This document shows positions 16,561-25,884 of a stretch of 64,000 nucleotides of DNA, piece after piece. Below the pieces are notes generated by a model that saw nothing but the letters and a program-made list of their open reading frames with translations, was not told the origin of the DNA and did not search any database. Source of the DNA: Clostridium sp. (GTDB lineage Bacteria; Bacillota; Clostridia; Lachnospirales; Lachnospiraceae). Numbering within the stretch: position 1 is the first letter of the stretch; every line of letters starts with the position of its first letter. The stretch covers positions 153,928 through 217,927 of the forward strand of contig JAMPHA010000001.1 in assembly GCA_023663615.1 (NCBI GenBank), given 5' to 3'. The position numbers and the translations under genes are program-made.

Positions 16561-19116
16561 ATGAAAAAGAAAAAAAGAATCGTTGCGTTATTTCTTGCAG
16601 GCGTTCTGCTGCTCTTGGGGGAAACGCGGACGGTGCGCGCCGAGGTGGCAGCGCCGGACTACGAGGCGGAAGCGCTGGCGGGCATGAAGCTTGTGGCGCA
16701 GAACGAAAGTCTGGAATTGTATTTTGACGAGGTGGAGACGGATGTTGCGGTTCGGGATAAGCGGTCGGGGGACGTCTGGTTTTCCAATCCGGTGGATACG
16801 GAGCTGGACACGGTTTCCAGCGGGTACTACCAGAGAGTGTTAAAGTCCCAGCTTGTGTTGACCTATATCAACGAAAATACGCAGATCAGCACCATGAACA
16901 ATTATGATTATTCGATTCTGGACGGACAGTTTGAGACGGAAGTGCTGGAAGACGGGATCAGGATTACATACACGATCGGAGAAGCGACCGCATTTCTGCT
17001 GCTTCCTGAGGCGATCACCCAGGAGCGCATGGAGCAGTTTCTGGAACGGATGTCCGACAGCCAGAAGCGCAAGGTGAATCGGAACTATATTCTGTATAAC
17101 GCTTCGGAGATGACGGAGGAGGAACTGGATGTGCTGGCGGAGCAATATCCGGCGGTCAGGGAGAACAGCCTGTATGTCCTGCGCGGCGGCGTGAAAGATT
17201 ATCTGAAAGAGGAACTGGCGGGATACTTTGAGGAAGCGGGATATACGCAGGAGGATTTTGACCTGGATGAGCAGAACATCGGCGCAAGGCAGGAGAACGA
17301 CAGCGTCTGGTTTCAGGTCCCGCTCACGTACCGTCTGGAAGGGGATACGCTTCTTGCCGTGATCGACCCGGAGGAAGTTTCCTACAATGATGACGGTTAT
17401 TATTTGGTAGGAATTGATCTTCTGCGGTATTTCGGAGCGTCCCTGCGGGACGACGGTTATTTGTTTGTGCCGGACGGCAGCGGCGCGCTGATCTATTTTA
17501 ACAACGGAAAGACGACGGTGTCCTCCTACGGCGCACAGGTGTACGGACAGGACCGCACGATGATCTACACGGCGTATTACGAGAGCCAGATTGATGCGCG
17601 GAATACCGTAAAAATGCCGGTATTCGGCATAAAAGACGGGGACCGCGCCATGTTTGCCGTCATAGAGGACGGTGACGCCAATGCCGTCATCAACGCGGAA
17701 ATATCCGGAAAAACGACGGGCTATAACGATGTATATGCTTCGTTTTCCTATTTGCAGTACGGCTCTGCGTCGCTGGATGACATGGTGGGAGCGAACAGTT
17801 ATTATATGTACTCCAAACCGGAATTTGAGGGGACGCTTGCGATCCGGTATGCCTTTTTATCGGGGGAAAAAGCAAATTACTCCGGCATGGCACAGTGTTA
17901 TAGGGAATACCTGATCCGGCAGGGGGTGCTCGGAGAAAAGCACGGGGAGACGGCGCTTCCTTTTTATGCGGAGTACCTCGGCGCGATCGACCGCCCCAAA
18001 ACGATCCTCGGCGTGAAATATACGGCGGTGGAAGCGGTGACGACGTTTGCCCAGGCGAAAGAGATCTCGGACCGTCTGATCGAAGGCGGCGTTTTGAATC
18101 TGAACATTGTGTATTCCGGCTGGATGAACGGCGGGCTCCACGGAACGGCGGCGACAAAGTGCAGGATCGTATCCGGGCTTTCCAAGGGCGGAATGAACCA
18201 CGCCGCGTTTCAGGATTATGCGGGGCAGATCGGTGCGGATCTCTATATGACGGTCGATTTGCAGTATGTTTATAAAGAAGAATGGTTTGACGGATACAGC
18301 GCCATGAAGTACGCGCCCCGGTATTTTGACAACACCAATATCCGGGTGATCGCATACGGGCTGGCAAGCCGGGTGAGCGAGGGCGCGCTGGCGAGTCTGA
18401 TCCGCCCGGGCTTAGTGGAGCGTGTCGCGGGAGAGTTACAGAATACGCTGAAAAAAAAGAATATTTCCGGCGTGAATGTAGGAACGCTGTCCTGGGAGTT
18501 GTATTCCGATCTGGCGGACAGCAGCTATACCGACAGGCAGATGGCGAAAAACTGTAATACTGCGGCAATGGAAGGAATGCGGGAAGAATCGTTTTCCCTG
18601 ATCGGTGATAACGCGAACGCCTATGCGTGGGAGTACACTGGTGATCTGCTGAATGTGCCGCTGTATTCCAATCAGTACATGATTCTGGATGAGGATGTGC
18701 CGTTTTATGAGATGGTGATTCACGGATATATTCCGTATGCGGGAAGCGCGTTCAATCTTGCCGACGATTATGAGACGGCGGTGTTAAAGAGCGTGGAAAG
18801 CGGCGCGGGGCTGAACTTTAAGTGGATTTATGCGGATAATTCCGTTGTGAAGGAGACGGAGTTTGACGACTTGTATTCCGTTAACTACGAGGCGTGGATT
18901 GACCGGGCGGTGGAGACCTATGGGCGGGTCAATGCGGAAACGGGGTATCTTTCCGGCGTGGAGATGGTTTCCCACGAGAGGGTTCAGAGAGAGGTTGTCA
19001 AAGTTACTTATGCGGACGGAAGCGTCGTTTATGTGAACTATACGAACGAGGCGGTGACGGTGGATGGGATTTTGGTGGATGCGAGAGATTTTGCCGTTCG
19101 AAAAAACGACGTGTGA
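16561..19116 (+). CDS. secreted DUF5696-like protein (~850 aa), function unknown
   Basis: The start at 16561 follows a GGGGAGGGG RBS. Signal peptide IVALFLAGVLLLLGETRTVRA. The sequence (…YLFVPDGSGALIYFNNGK…) matches my recollection of the DUF5696 family. That assignment is from memory and needs HMM confirmation. Confidence 0.55.
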   Translation: MKKKKRIVALFLAGVLLLLGETRTVRAEVAAPDYEAEALAGMKLVAQNESLELYFDEVETDVAVRDKRSGDVWFSNPVDTELDTVSSGYYQRVLKSQLVLTYINENTQISTMNNYDYSILDGQFETEVLEDGIRITYTIGEATAFLLLPEAITQERMEQFLERMSDSQKRKVNRNYILYNASEMTEEELDVLAEQYPAVRENSLYVLRGGVKDYLKEELAGYFEEAGYTQEDFDLDEQNIGARQENDSVWFQVPLTYRLEGDTLLAVIDPEEVSYNDDGYYLVGIDLLRYFGASLRDDGYLFVPDGSGALIYFNNGKTTVSSYGAQVYGQDRTMIYTAYYESQIDARNTVKMPVFGIKDGDRAMFAVIEDGDANAVINAEISGKTTGYNDVYASFSYLQYGSASLDDMVGANSYYMYSKPEFEGTLAIRYAFLSGEKANYSGMAQCYREYLIRQGVLGEKHGETALPFYAEYLGAIDRPKTILGVKYTAVEAVTTFAQAKEISDRLIEGGVLNLNIVYSGWMNGGLHGTAATKCRIVSGLSKGGMNHAAFQDYAGQIGADLYMTVDLQYVYKEEWFDGYSAMKYAPRYFDNTNIRVIAYGLASRVSEGALASLIRPGLVERVAGELQNTLKKKNISGVNVGTLSWELYSDLADSSYTDRQMAKNCNTAAMEGMREESFSLIGDNANAYAWEYTGDLLNVPLYSNQYMILDEDVPFYEMVIHGYIPYAGSAFNLADDYETAVLKSVESGAGLNFKWIYADNSVVKETEFDDLYSVNYEAWIDRAVETYGRVNAETGYLSGVEMVSHERVQREVVKVTYADGSVVYVNYTNEAVTVDGILVDARDFAVRKNDV

Positions 19117-19175
19117 AACGGGCGCCCGGTGCTGCAAAAGGCGGCATGAAGAGCGGTGTGTGAAGGAGGACTCCT

Positions 19176-20114
19176 ATGAATTATTTTAAGAAAAGAAACG
19201 GGAAGTGGCATCTTTCTTTAACAGGAAAAGAGGCGGTTTCCGGATTGCTGTTCATCCTGCCGTTTCTGATCGGTTTTTTTGCGATCTTTCTTCCGTTGAT
19301 CGTGGAATCCCTGCGGTTCAGTTTCAGCGATATGCAGGTGGGAGCGGACGGCTATACGCTTACCAGAACCTCGGATCACGGATTCCACCATTATCTGCGC
19401 GCATTTACGATTGATCCGGATTTTAATCTGATGCTGCTGACCGGGATCGGGCAGATGCTGCTTCAGGTGCCGCTTGTTTTGATCTTCAGCTTTTTTGCGG
19501 CAAATCTGCTCAATCAGAAATTTCACGGGAGAACGGCGGCAAGAAGTATCATGTTCTTACCGGTCATCATTTCGTCCGGCGTAGTCATTGCTCTGGAGAA
19601 TTCCGATCTGCTTGTGAATACGCTCAATACGACAACGGATTTAAGCGGCGGCGAATTGTCCTCCTATCTGAATGTGATGGGATTTCTGATGGAATACACG
19701 TCGCTCCCGGACAGTGTGATTTCGGTATTGTCCAGAGCGGTCAACGGACTGTACGACATCGTGATCGCCTCCGGCGTTCAGATCCTGATCTTTCTGGCGG
19801 GATTACAGTCCATCTCCCCCTCTCTCTATGAGGCGTCCAGCATGGAAGGGGCGACGCAGTGGGAGAACTTCTGGAAGATCACGTTTCCGATGATTAGTCC
19901 GCTCATTCTGGTGAACAGCATCTACACGGTGATCGACCTGTTTACCAATGAGAATAATGAAATGATGCGGGAGATCAAGCGGACGATCTTCACGGAGATT
20001 GATTACGGGTACGGTTCCGCCATGGCATGGATTTATTTTGTGTGTATCGCCGTTCTGCTGCTGGCGGTCGGCGGATTGATCTCAAAGCATGTGTTCTACT
20101 ATGATGAACGGTAA
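19176..20114 (+). CDS. carbohydrate ABC transporter permease (second set)
   Basis: AAGGAGG RBS and six TM. EAA loop SLYEASSMEGATQWENFWKITFP. Confidence 0.85.
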   Translation: MNYFKKRNGKWHLSLTGKEAVSGLLFILPFLIGFFAIFLPLIVESLRFSFSDMQVGADGYTLTRTSDHGFHHYLRAFTIDPDFNLMLLTGIGQMLLQVPLVLIFSFFAANLLNQKFHGRTAARSIMFLPVIISSGVVIALENSDLLVNTLNTTTDLSGGELSSYLNVMGFLMEYTSLPDSVISVLSRAVNGLYDIVIASGVQILIFLAGLQSISPSLYEASSMEGATQWENFWKITFPMISPLILVNSIYTVIDLFTNENNEMMREIKRTIFTEIDYGYGSAMAWIYFVCIAVLLLAVGGLISKHVFYYDER

Positions 20115-20132
20115 GAGAGTATGGAGGTTGGT

Positions 20133-21104
20133 ATGGGTAGGAAGAAAAAACAAACCGTGCGCAGGCATATGACGCTCGCGCGTTCGGAACGCCTGCTTTG
20201 GAGCATCGTGAGGGGCGTCATCATTCTGGGAATCTGCTTTACCATTCTGCAGCCTCTCATTTTGAAGATCAGTGTTTCCTTTATGGAGGAACGGGATCTC
20301 TATGACGCGAGCGTAAGGTATGTGGCAAAGCATTTTACCTTAAACAATTATAAGCTGGCAATGTCCGTGATGGATTATGGCTGGACGGCGTTCAGGACGC
20401 TCTGGCTGGCGGTGGGCGTATCGCTGGTGCAGCTGATCGCCTGTCTGCTGACCGCGTATGGGTTCGCAAGGTTCCGGTTTCCGTTTAAGAAACTGCTGTT
20501 TGGATGCGTCATTGTAACGATGATTGTTCCGCCGCAGGTCATCATGCTCCCGCTGTTTATGAAATACCGCTTTTTTGACGTGTTTGGCATTTTTAAGGCG
20601 GTGACGGGGAGCAGCGTGAATCTGATCGACACGTATTGGCCGTTTTTCATTCAGAGCATGACAACGATGGGAATCCGGAACGGGCTCTATATTTACATGC
20701 TGCGGCAGTTCTTTAAGGGGATGCCGAAGGAACTGGAAGAAGCGGCGTTTGTGGACGGATGCGGGAAGCTGAGGACGTTTATCCAGATCATGGTGCCGAG
20801 CGCGATTCCCATGATGGTGACGGTGTTCCTGTTCGGATTCGTATGGCAGTGGACGGATGTTTTCTATACGTCCCTGTATCTGAATAAGGTGAAGGTGGTA
20901 TCCACCGCGCTGAATTCGCTGGCGGTGAACGCGTACAGTCAGTATGAAGGGTTCGGCGGCTCCATGAATTTCATCAGCCCCGGATTTGTCTCCATGATTA
21001 ACAATACGGGAACGATTCTGGCAGTCGTTCCGCTCATCATTCTGTACATATTCTGCCAGAAATCGTTTGTGGAGGGCATTGAGCGGTCCGGTATCGTCGG
21101 GTAA
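20133..21104 (+). CDS. carbohydrate ABC transporter permease (second set)
   Basis: EAA loop ELEEAAFVDGCGKLRTFIQIMVP. The ATG at 20133 has GGAGG 5 nt upstream. The tracked start at 20121 is also possible. Confidence 0.85.
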   Translation: MGRKKKQTVRRHMTLARSERLLWSIVRGVIILGICFTILQPLILKISVSFMEERDLYDASVRYVAKHFTLNNYKLAMSVMDYGWTAFRTLWLAVGVSLVQLIACLLTAYGFARFRFPFKKLLFGCVIVTMIVPPQVIMLPLFMKYRFFDVFGIFKAVTGSSVNLIDTYWPFFIQSMTTMGIRNGLYIYMLRQFFKGMPKELEEAAFVDGCGKLRTFIQIMVPSAIPMMVTVFLFGFVWQWTDVFYTSLYLNKVKVVSTALNSLAVNAYSQYEGFGGSMNFISPGFVSMINNTGTILAVVPLIILYIFCQKSFVEGIERSGIVG

Positions 21105-21158
21105 AAAAGGACGGACAGGATCGCCTGAAAGAACAAATAGAAAGAATGGAGGAAGAGC

Positions 21159-23117
21159 ATGAGAAAGAAGAATTTAGCAGGGAAGAAAGCCATGGCGGTG
21201 TTCATGGCGGCGGCAATGACGTTGTCTTTTGCGGGATGCGGAAACACGGACAGCACGGACACGGGGGATCAGACAGAAGGGACAGGCGGTTCGAATGAGG
21301 GAGGAACGCAGGCGGACACGAGCGGCGGCACAAACGACGGGAATGACGGGAACGGCGCGGCGGATGTTTCCGGCAGTGATGCGGAGGAGGACGCCGCGTA
21401 TGATTTCGGCGGAAGAGTGTTCCGCATCGGTTCTTATTATGACATGACGCCCGATCCGCAGTCCAATGCGGTCAATGCGGCGCTATCCGAACGGATTGCG
21501 TATGTGGAGGATCATTACAACTGCACGATCGAGTTCGTGGACTTAGGCGAGGATTATGTGGATGATTACACGACGAGCGTGCTTGCGGGCGATCCGGTCT
21601 GCGACATCGGATATGCCATCACCACCACGGTTCTGCCGACATTGATCGAAGGCGGCATCGCATATCCGATCAGCGATCTGGGCGTCATTGATTTTGACGA
21701 CTATAAATGGCGTCATGACGTGGTTGAGGCAGGCTATTACAAAGGGAAAAACTACACAATGATTATCAATGATCCGGAGATCCGCTATGGGATTTTCTGG
21801 AATAAGACGCTCTTTGACGAGTACGGACTGCCGGATCTGTACGAACTGTATAACAACGGCGAATGGAACTGGGATAAATTCAAAGAGATCGCGCAGATGG
21901 CGAACGTGGATAAGGATAATGACGGAACGATCGACATCTACGGTTTTAACGCGAGAGCGGATTTGGGATGGTGCTATCTGTATTCTAACGAGGCGTATAT
22001 CGCGGATAAGACGGATACGGGAATGACGGTGGACTTAAACGACAGCCGGATCGTCGAGGCGCTGACTGCGTATCAGGATTTTACCACAACGGTTGACTAC
22101 CGGCCGATCAACTGGGAAGTGGATGAATGGGATTCCCTGATCCTTTCCTTTGTGAACGGAAACTCGATGATGTGTCTGGAAGAGTTCTGGATCTCTTACA
22201 TGTATTTAAGCCCCGTGACCGGGACCGCGATGGCGGATGACTGGGGATGGGTGCCGTTCCCGAAGGGCGCGTCCGCGGAGGAATATTCCTGCTACGGAAA
22301 AGAGAACGGATGCCGCATTATCTTAAACGGCGTGGAGAATCCGGAGGAGGTTGCGCTTGTCTACGATCTGATTACAGATCTTGCGGATTCGGATGAGGAG
22401 TGGGATAACCTGCTCGAGGATCAGCTGGAAAACTGGTGCGACGATCTGGAGACCATGGAAAACGTAACCTATATTTACAGCAGGGGCTTATCGAAGATCA
22501 ACTGCATTAACGGATTCTCGACATTGAATAATTCCGTGAACGCCATGATGAACGCGATCGAAAACGGCGAAATGACGCCGCAGACGGCGCTTGACACCTA
22601 CCGTTCGGAGATCGAGACGGCGGTATCCGACATCAATACGGGAGAGACGACGGTGACGGATATTCTGTTTGACGGAAACGTCCTGTTAAACTCCAGTTTT
22701 GAGCTTGATGTGGAAAACTGGGATATTACAAGAGAGAACACGGAGGCGGGTATTTCCAGAAACGACAGCGACGGCTATCCGAAGTCGGGACAGTTCAGCT
22801 TCCACTACTGGAATGCGGATGCCTTTACGATTGATCTTGCGCAGACCGTCACGATCGCGGATGCCGGGACGTATGTATTGTCCGTCTATTCGCAGGGAGA
22901 CGACGCGACAGGTTCTTCCATGACGCTGTATATCAAGGACGACGGCGGAAACGTACTGGATTCCGTGGACTTTGCAAATGCAGGCTGGAGCGTATGGCAG
23001 ACGCCGGAAATCGCGATCGCATTGGAAGCGGGACAGACCGTGACCGTCGGCGTGACGATCAACGGACAGCCGGACGACTGGGGAACGCTCGATGATATGA
23101 CGCTGATTCTTCAATAA
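21159..23117 (+). CDS. lipoprotein solute-binding protein with C-terminal CBM (CBM61-like, putative galactan-binding)
   Basis: Lipobox LSFAGC followed by a Gly/Asp/Thr linker. An SBP body comes next. The last ~150 aa (SFELDVENWDITRE...SFHYWNADAFTIDL...WGTLDDMTLI) are homologous to the repeated C-terminal modules of the neighbouring GH53. Confidence 0.8.
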   Translation: MRKKNLAGKKAMAVFMAAAMTLSFAGCGNTDSTDTGDQTEGTGGSNEGGTQADTSGGTNDGNDGNGAADVSGSDAEEDAAYDFGGRVFRIGSYYDMTPDPQSNAVNAALSERIAYVEDHYNCTIEFVDLGEDYVDDYTTSVLAGDPVCDIGYAITTTVLPTLIEGGIAYPISDLGVIDFDDYKWRHDVVEAGYYKGKNYTMIINDPEIRYGIFWNKTLFDEYGLPDLYELYNNGEWNWDKFKEIAQMANVDKDNDGTIDIYGFNARADLGWCYLYSNEAYIADKTDTGMTVDLNDSRIVEALTAYQDFTTTVDYRPINWEVDEWDSLILSFVNGNSMMCLEEFWISYMYLSPVTGTAMADDWGWVPFPKGASAEEYSCYGKENGCRIILNGVENPEEVALVYDLITDLADSDEEWDNLLEDQLENWCDDLETMENVTYIYSRGLSKINCINGFSTLNNSVNAMMNAIENGEMTPQTALDTYRSEIETAVSDINTGETTVTDILFDGNVLLNSSFELDVENWDITRENTEAGISRNDSDGYPKSGQFSFHYWNADAFTIDLAQTVTIADAGTYVLSVYSQGDDATGSSMTLYIKDDGGNVLDSVDFANAGWSVWQTPEIAIALEAGQTVTVGVTINGQPDDWGTLDDMTLILQ

Positions 23118-23254
23118 CAAGATAAGTAGACGAAAAATGAATGCGCGCCTCCGGAACCGGGGGCGCGTTGTATCAACAGGCATTGGTCGTGTGCGCCGCG
23201 CGTGAGAGTGTGCCGCATTAAAAGAATGGATCGGCGCGTAGAGGAGGAAGGAAC

Positions 23255-25681
23255 ATGAACAGGCTGGCAAAAAAAATAATCGCCGCAGTTCTTTGTACCG
23301 CTCTTTTTGCGGGAGCGGCGGGCTGCGGAAACCGTACGGAGGATACGGCGGACAATGCGGTTGTCACACAGGTTCCGGGTGAGCAGGAGGGCGATACGCC
23401 GCAGGAAGGGCAGCCGTCTGCGGAAGAGGCAAAATATCTCATCAAAGGCGCGGATATTTCTTCTTTGGAGGCGGTGGAAGATTACGGCGGGAGGTTTTAC
23501 GATTTTGACGGGAACGAGGTGGATGTCATCGAGTTCCTGAAAGAGAACGGCTGCAATTATTACCGGCTCCGCATCTGGAACAATCCCACCGCATCCTTTG
23601 ACGCCGGGGACTATTGCAATCTGGAGCATACGTTAGAGCTGGCGAAACGGATCAAGGAAGCGGGCGTTAGTTACCTTTTGGATTTTCATTACTCTGACTG
23701 GTGGGCGGATCCGGAAAACCAGACCGTTCCGGCAGCGTGGCAGGGAATGAACGGGGAAGAGCTTTCGGCGGCAGTTTACGATTACACGGCGGAGGTTCTG
23801 AACGCGCTGGCGGAGGAGGACGCTTATCCGGATATGGTACAGATCGGAAATGAGATCGGAAACGGGATGCTTTGGGATTATGGTTCCATGGAACATCCGG
23901 AAATGCTGGCAAAATTCTTAAACAGCGGCATTCAGGCAGTCCGCGACACAACGCCTGCGGGGCAGGAGACGCTAATCATGATTCATGTGCAGACCGGCGG
24001 CTCCGTGGGCGCGACGCAGACCTTTTTTGAGACGATCGAGGAAAACGGCGTGACGGATTATGATCTGGTCGGCCTGTCCTACTATCCGTACTGGCAGGGG
24101 ACATTTGCCGATATGAGGGCGAACATCGACAACATTTATGAGCGGTTCGGAAAACAGACCGTGCTCGCCGAGACGGCGTATCCTTTTACCAACGACAATG
24201 CGGACAGCAAATCGAATATGGTGTCCGAAGCGGACTTAAAAGGCGTCGGATTTGAAGCAAGTGAAGAAAACCAGAGACGGGTGCTGGAACTGATCATGAA
24301 CGCCGTCGCCGAGTGCGAGGGCGGACTTGGCATCTTTTACTGGGAGCCGGCATGGCTTGCCGTGGAAGGCGCCGGCGTCTCCAAGGGCAGCGGAAACGAA
24401 TGGGAAAACCAGACGCTGTTTGATTTCGAGGGGAGGGCGCTTCCTGCGGTGAGAGCCTTTGCGTTTGAACCGGGGAGTCTGGATAATGACACGGCGCTGT
24501 ATGTCTACCCGTTTGACGGCGTGGAAATTGATGAGAACGCGTCCGGAGACGAACTGCTTGGCGAACTTCCTAAGACCGCGCGGGTCTTATATCAGGACGG
24601 AAGCATCCGGGAGGCGGAGGTGACGTGGGACCTTTCTTCCATGAAGACGATCACGGATACGCACGTGGCGTTTAAGGGGACGGTTCTGGACTTTACCGTT
24701 TCGATCGGCGCAGACCTGATCGCAAAGAACAGCCTGAATAATCTGGATTTTGAGGAAGGCGCGACCGGATGGGTGTTAGAGGATGAGAAGCGCGCGGGGC
24801 AGATCCGTAATGACAGCTCCAGCTATCCGCATTCCGGGGAGTGGAGCTTCCAATATTGGAATGCGGACGCTTTTACCATGAATCTTTATCAGCAGGTGCA
24901 GATCACACAGACGGAACAATACAACCTTCAGGTATGGTCGCAGGGAGTCGGCGGCACGGATCTTCTGCTGACGCTTTATATCGCGGATCAGGACGGGAAT
25001 GTGATCGCATCCACGGAATTTCGGAATCAGGGCTGGAACGAGTGGCAGCATCCCGCTGTGTCGGCGCAGTTAAACGAAGGGGATCTTGTCCGCATCGGCG
25101 TGCTCGTCGATGCGGGGAGCGACGACTGGGGGACGATGGATGAATTTGCGTTTTATCCCGGCGAACTGCATGAAGATGCGGAAATCCCGGCAGGAGAAGA
25201 CGGGGATGACGCGGACGGCGGAGAGGCGGACGGAACAAACCTGATCGAGAACGCAAGCTTTGAGAGCGGCGATAACGGATGGAAGATTACGCGGGAAGGA
25301 ACCGGAGGCGGCATTGTCAGAAATGACAGCGAGGGAAATCCGCATTCCGGCGAGTACAGCTTCCATTATTGGAATGATACGGATTTTACGATCACACTTT
25401 CGCAGGAGGTGACGATCGGAAGCGGCGGAAGCTATACGCTTCGCGTTTATTCCCAAGGGGATTCCGATACGGATACCTATATGACACTGTATGCGGAGGA
25501 TGAAAGCGGCAATGTGATCGCAAGTACGGATTTTTCCAACCGCGGATGGGACGTATGGCAGGATCCGGCGGTCGAAGGGCTTTTGCTGGACGGCGGGGAA
25601 ACGATCACGGTAGGCGTCGTGATCCATGGAAAAGCCGGCGGCTGGGGAACGCTCGACGATTTCAGCCTGAGCGCGGAGTAA
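23255..25681 (+). CDS. extracellular lipoprotein endo-beta-1,4-galactanase GH53 with Ig-like domain and two CBM61-like modules
   Basis: Lipobox FAGAAGC. The GH53 core is paralogous to 8426-9481 (GADISSLEAVEDYGGRFYD...VQIGNEIGNGMLWD...FYWEPAW). Two ~145-aa modules follow (24.73-25.15 kb and 25.24-25.68 kb), each ending in WGTMDEF or WGTLDDF. Confidence 0.85.
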   Translation: MNRLAKKIIAAVLCTALFAGAAGCGNRTEDTADNAVVTQVPGEQEGDTPQEGQPSAEEAKYLIKGADISSLEAVEDYGGRFYDFDGNEVDVIEFLKENGCNYYRLRIWNNPTASFDAGDYCNLEHTLELAKRIKEAGVSYLLDFHYSDWWADPENQTVPAAWQGMNGEELSAAVYDYTAEVLNALAEEDAYPDMVQIGNEIGNGMLWDYGSMEHPEMLAKFLNSGIQAVRDTTPAGQETLIMIHVQTGGSVGATQTFFETIEENGVTDYDLVGLSYYPYWQGTFADMRANIDNIYERFGKQTVLAETAYPFTNDNADSKSNMVSEADLKGVGFEASEENQRRVLELIMNAVAECEGGLGIFYWEPAWLAVEGAGVSKGSGNEWENQTLFDFEGRALPAVRAFAFEPGSLDNDTALYVYPFDGVEIDENASGDELLGELPKTARVLYQDGSIREAEVTWDLSSMKTITDTHVAFKGTVLDFTVSIGADLIAKNSLNNLDFEEGATGWVLEDEKRAGQIRNDSSSYPHSGEWSFQYWNADAFTMNLYQQVQITQTEQYNLQVWSQGVGGTDLLLTLYIADQDGNVIASTEFRNQGWNEWQHPAVSAQLNEGDLVRIGVLVDAGSDDWGTMDEFAFYPGELHEDAEIPAGEDGDDADGGEADGTNLIENASFESGDNGWKITREGTGGGIVRNDSEGNPHSGEYSFHYWNDTDFTITLSQEVTIGSGGSYTLRVYSQGDSDTDTYMTLYAEDESGNVIASTDFSNRGWDVWQDPAVEGLLLDGGETITVGVVIHGKAGGWGTLDDFSLSAE

Positions 25682-25884
25682 AGCAATCCAGCCATGGCAA
25701 TTTTTCACAACGTCCGCCGCGGAAAAAATTGTGAAAAACAGCCTTTGATTTCCGCAAAAGAAAAAAGTAGAATAAAACCCGGTAATTGAACAGGGTAAAA
25801 ATCGACACATGTGGCGCACCGCGCGTAAATCTGATCACGGTAGGCTGCATGTGTCTTTTTTTGCGGAAAAATGGAGGAGGAATT

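Noticed and set aside
17690-18568. 292-aa minus-strand ORF inside the DUF5696 gene, and likewise 25070-25819 (-), 28382-29404 (-) and 60669-61370 (-)
   Set aside because: These are antisense shadow ORFs within strongly supported plus-strand genes (DUF5696, GH53, valS, patB-like). The products are Arg/Pro-rich with no motifs.
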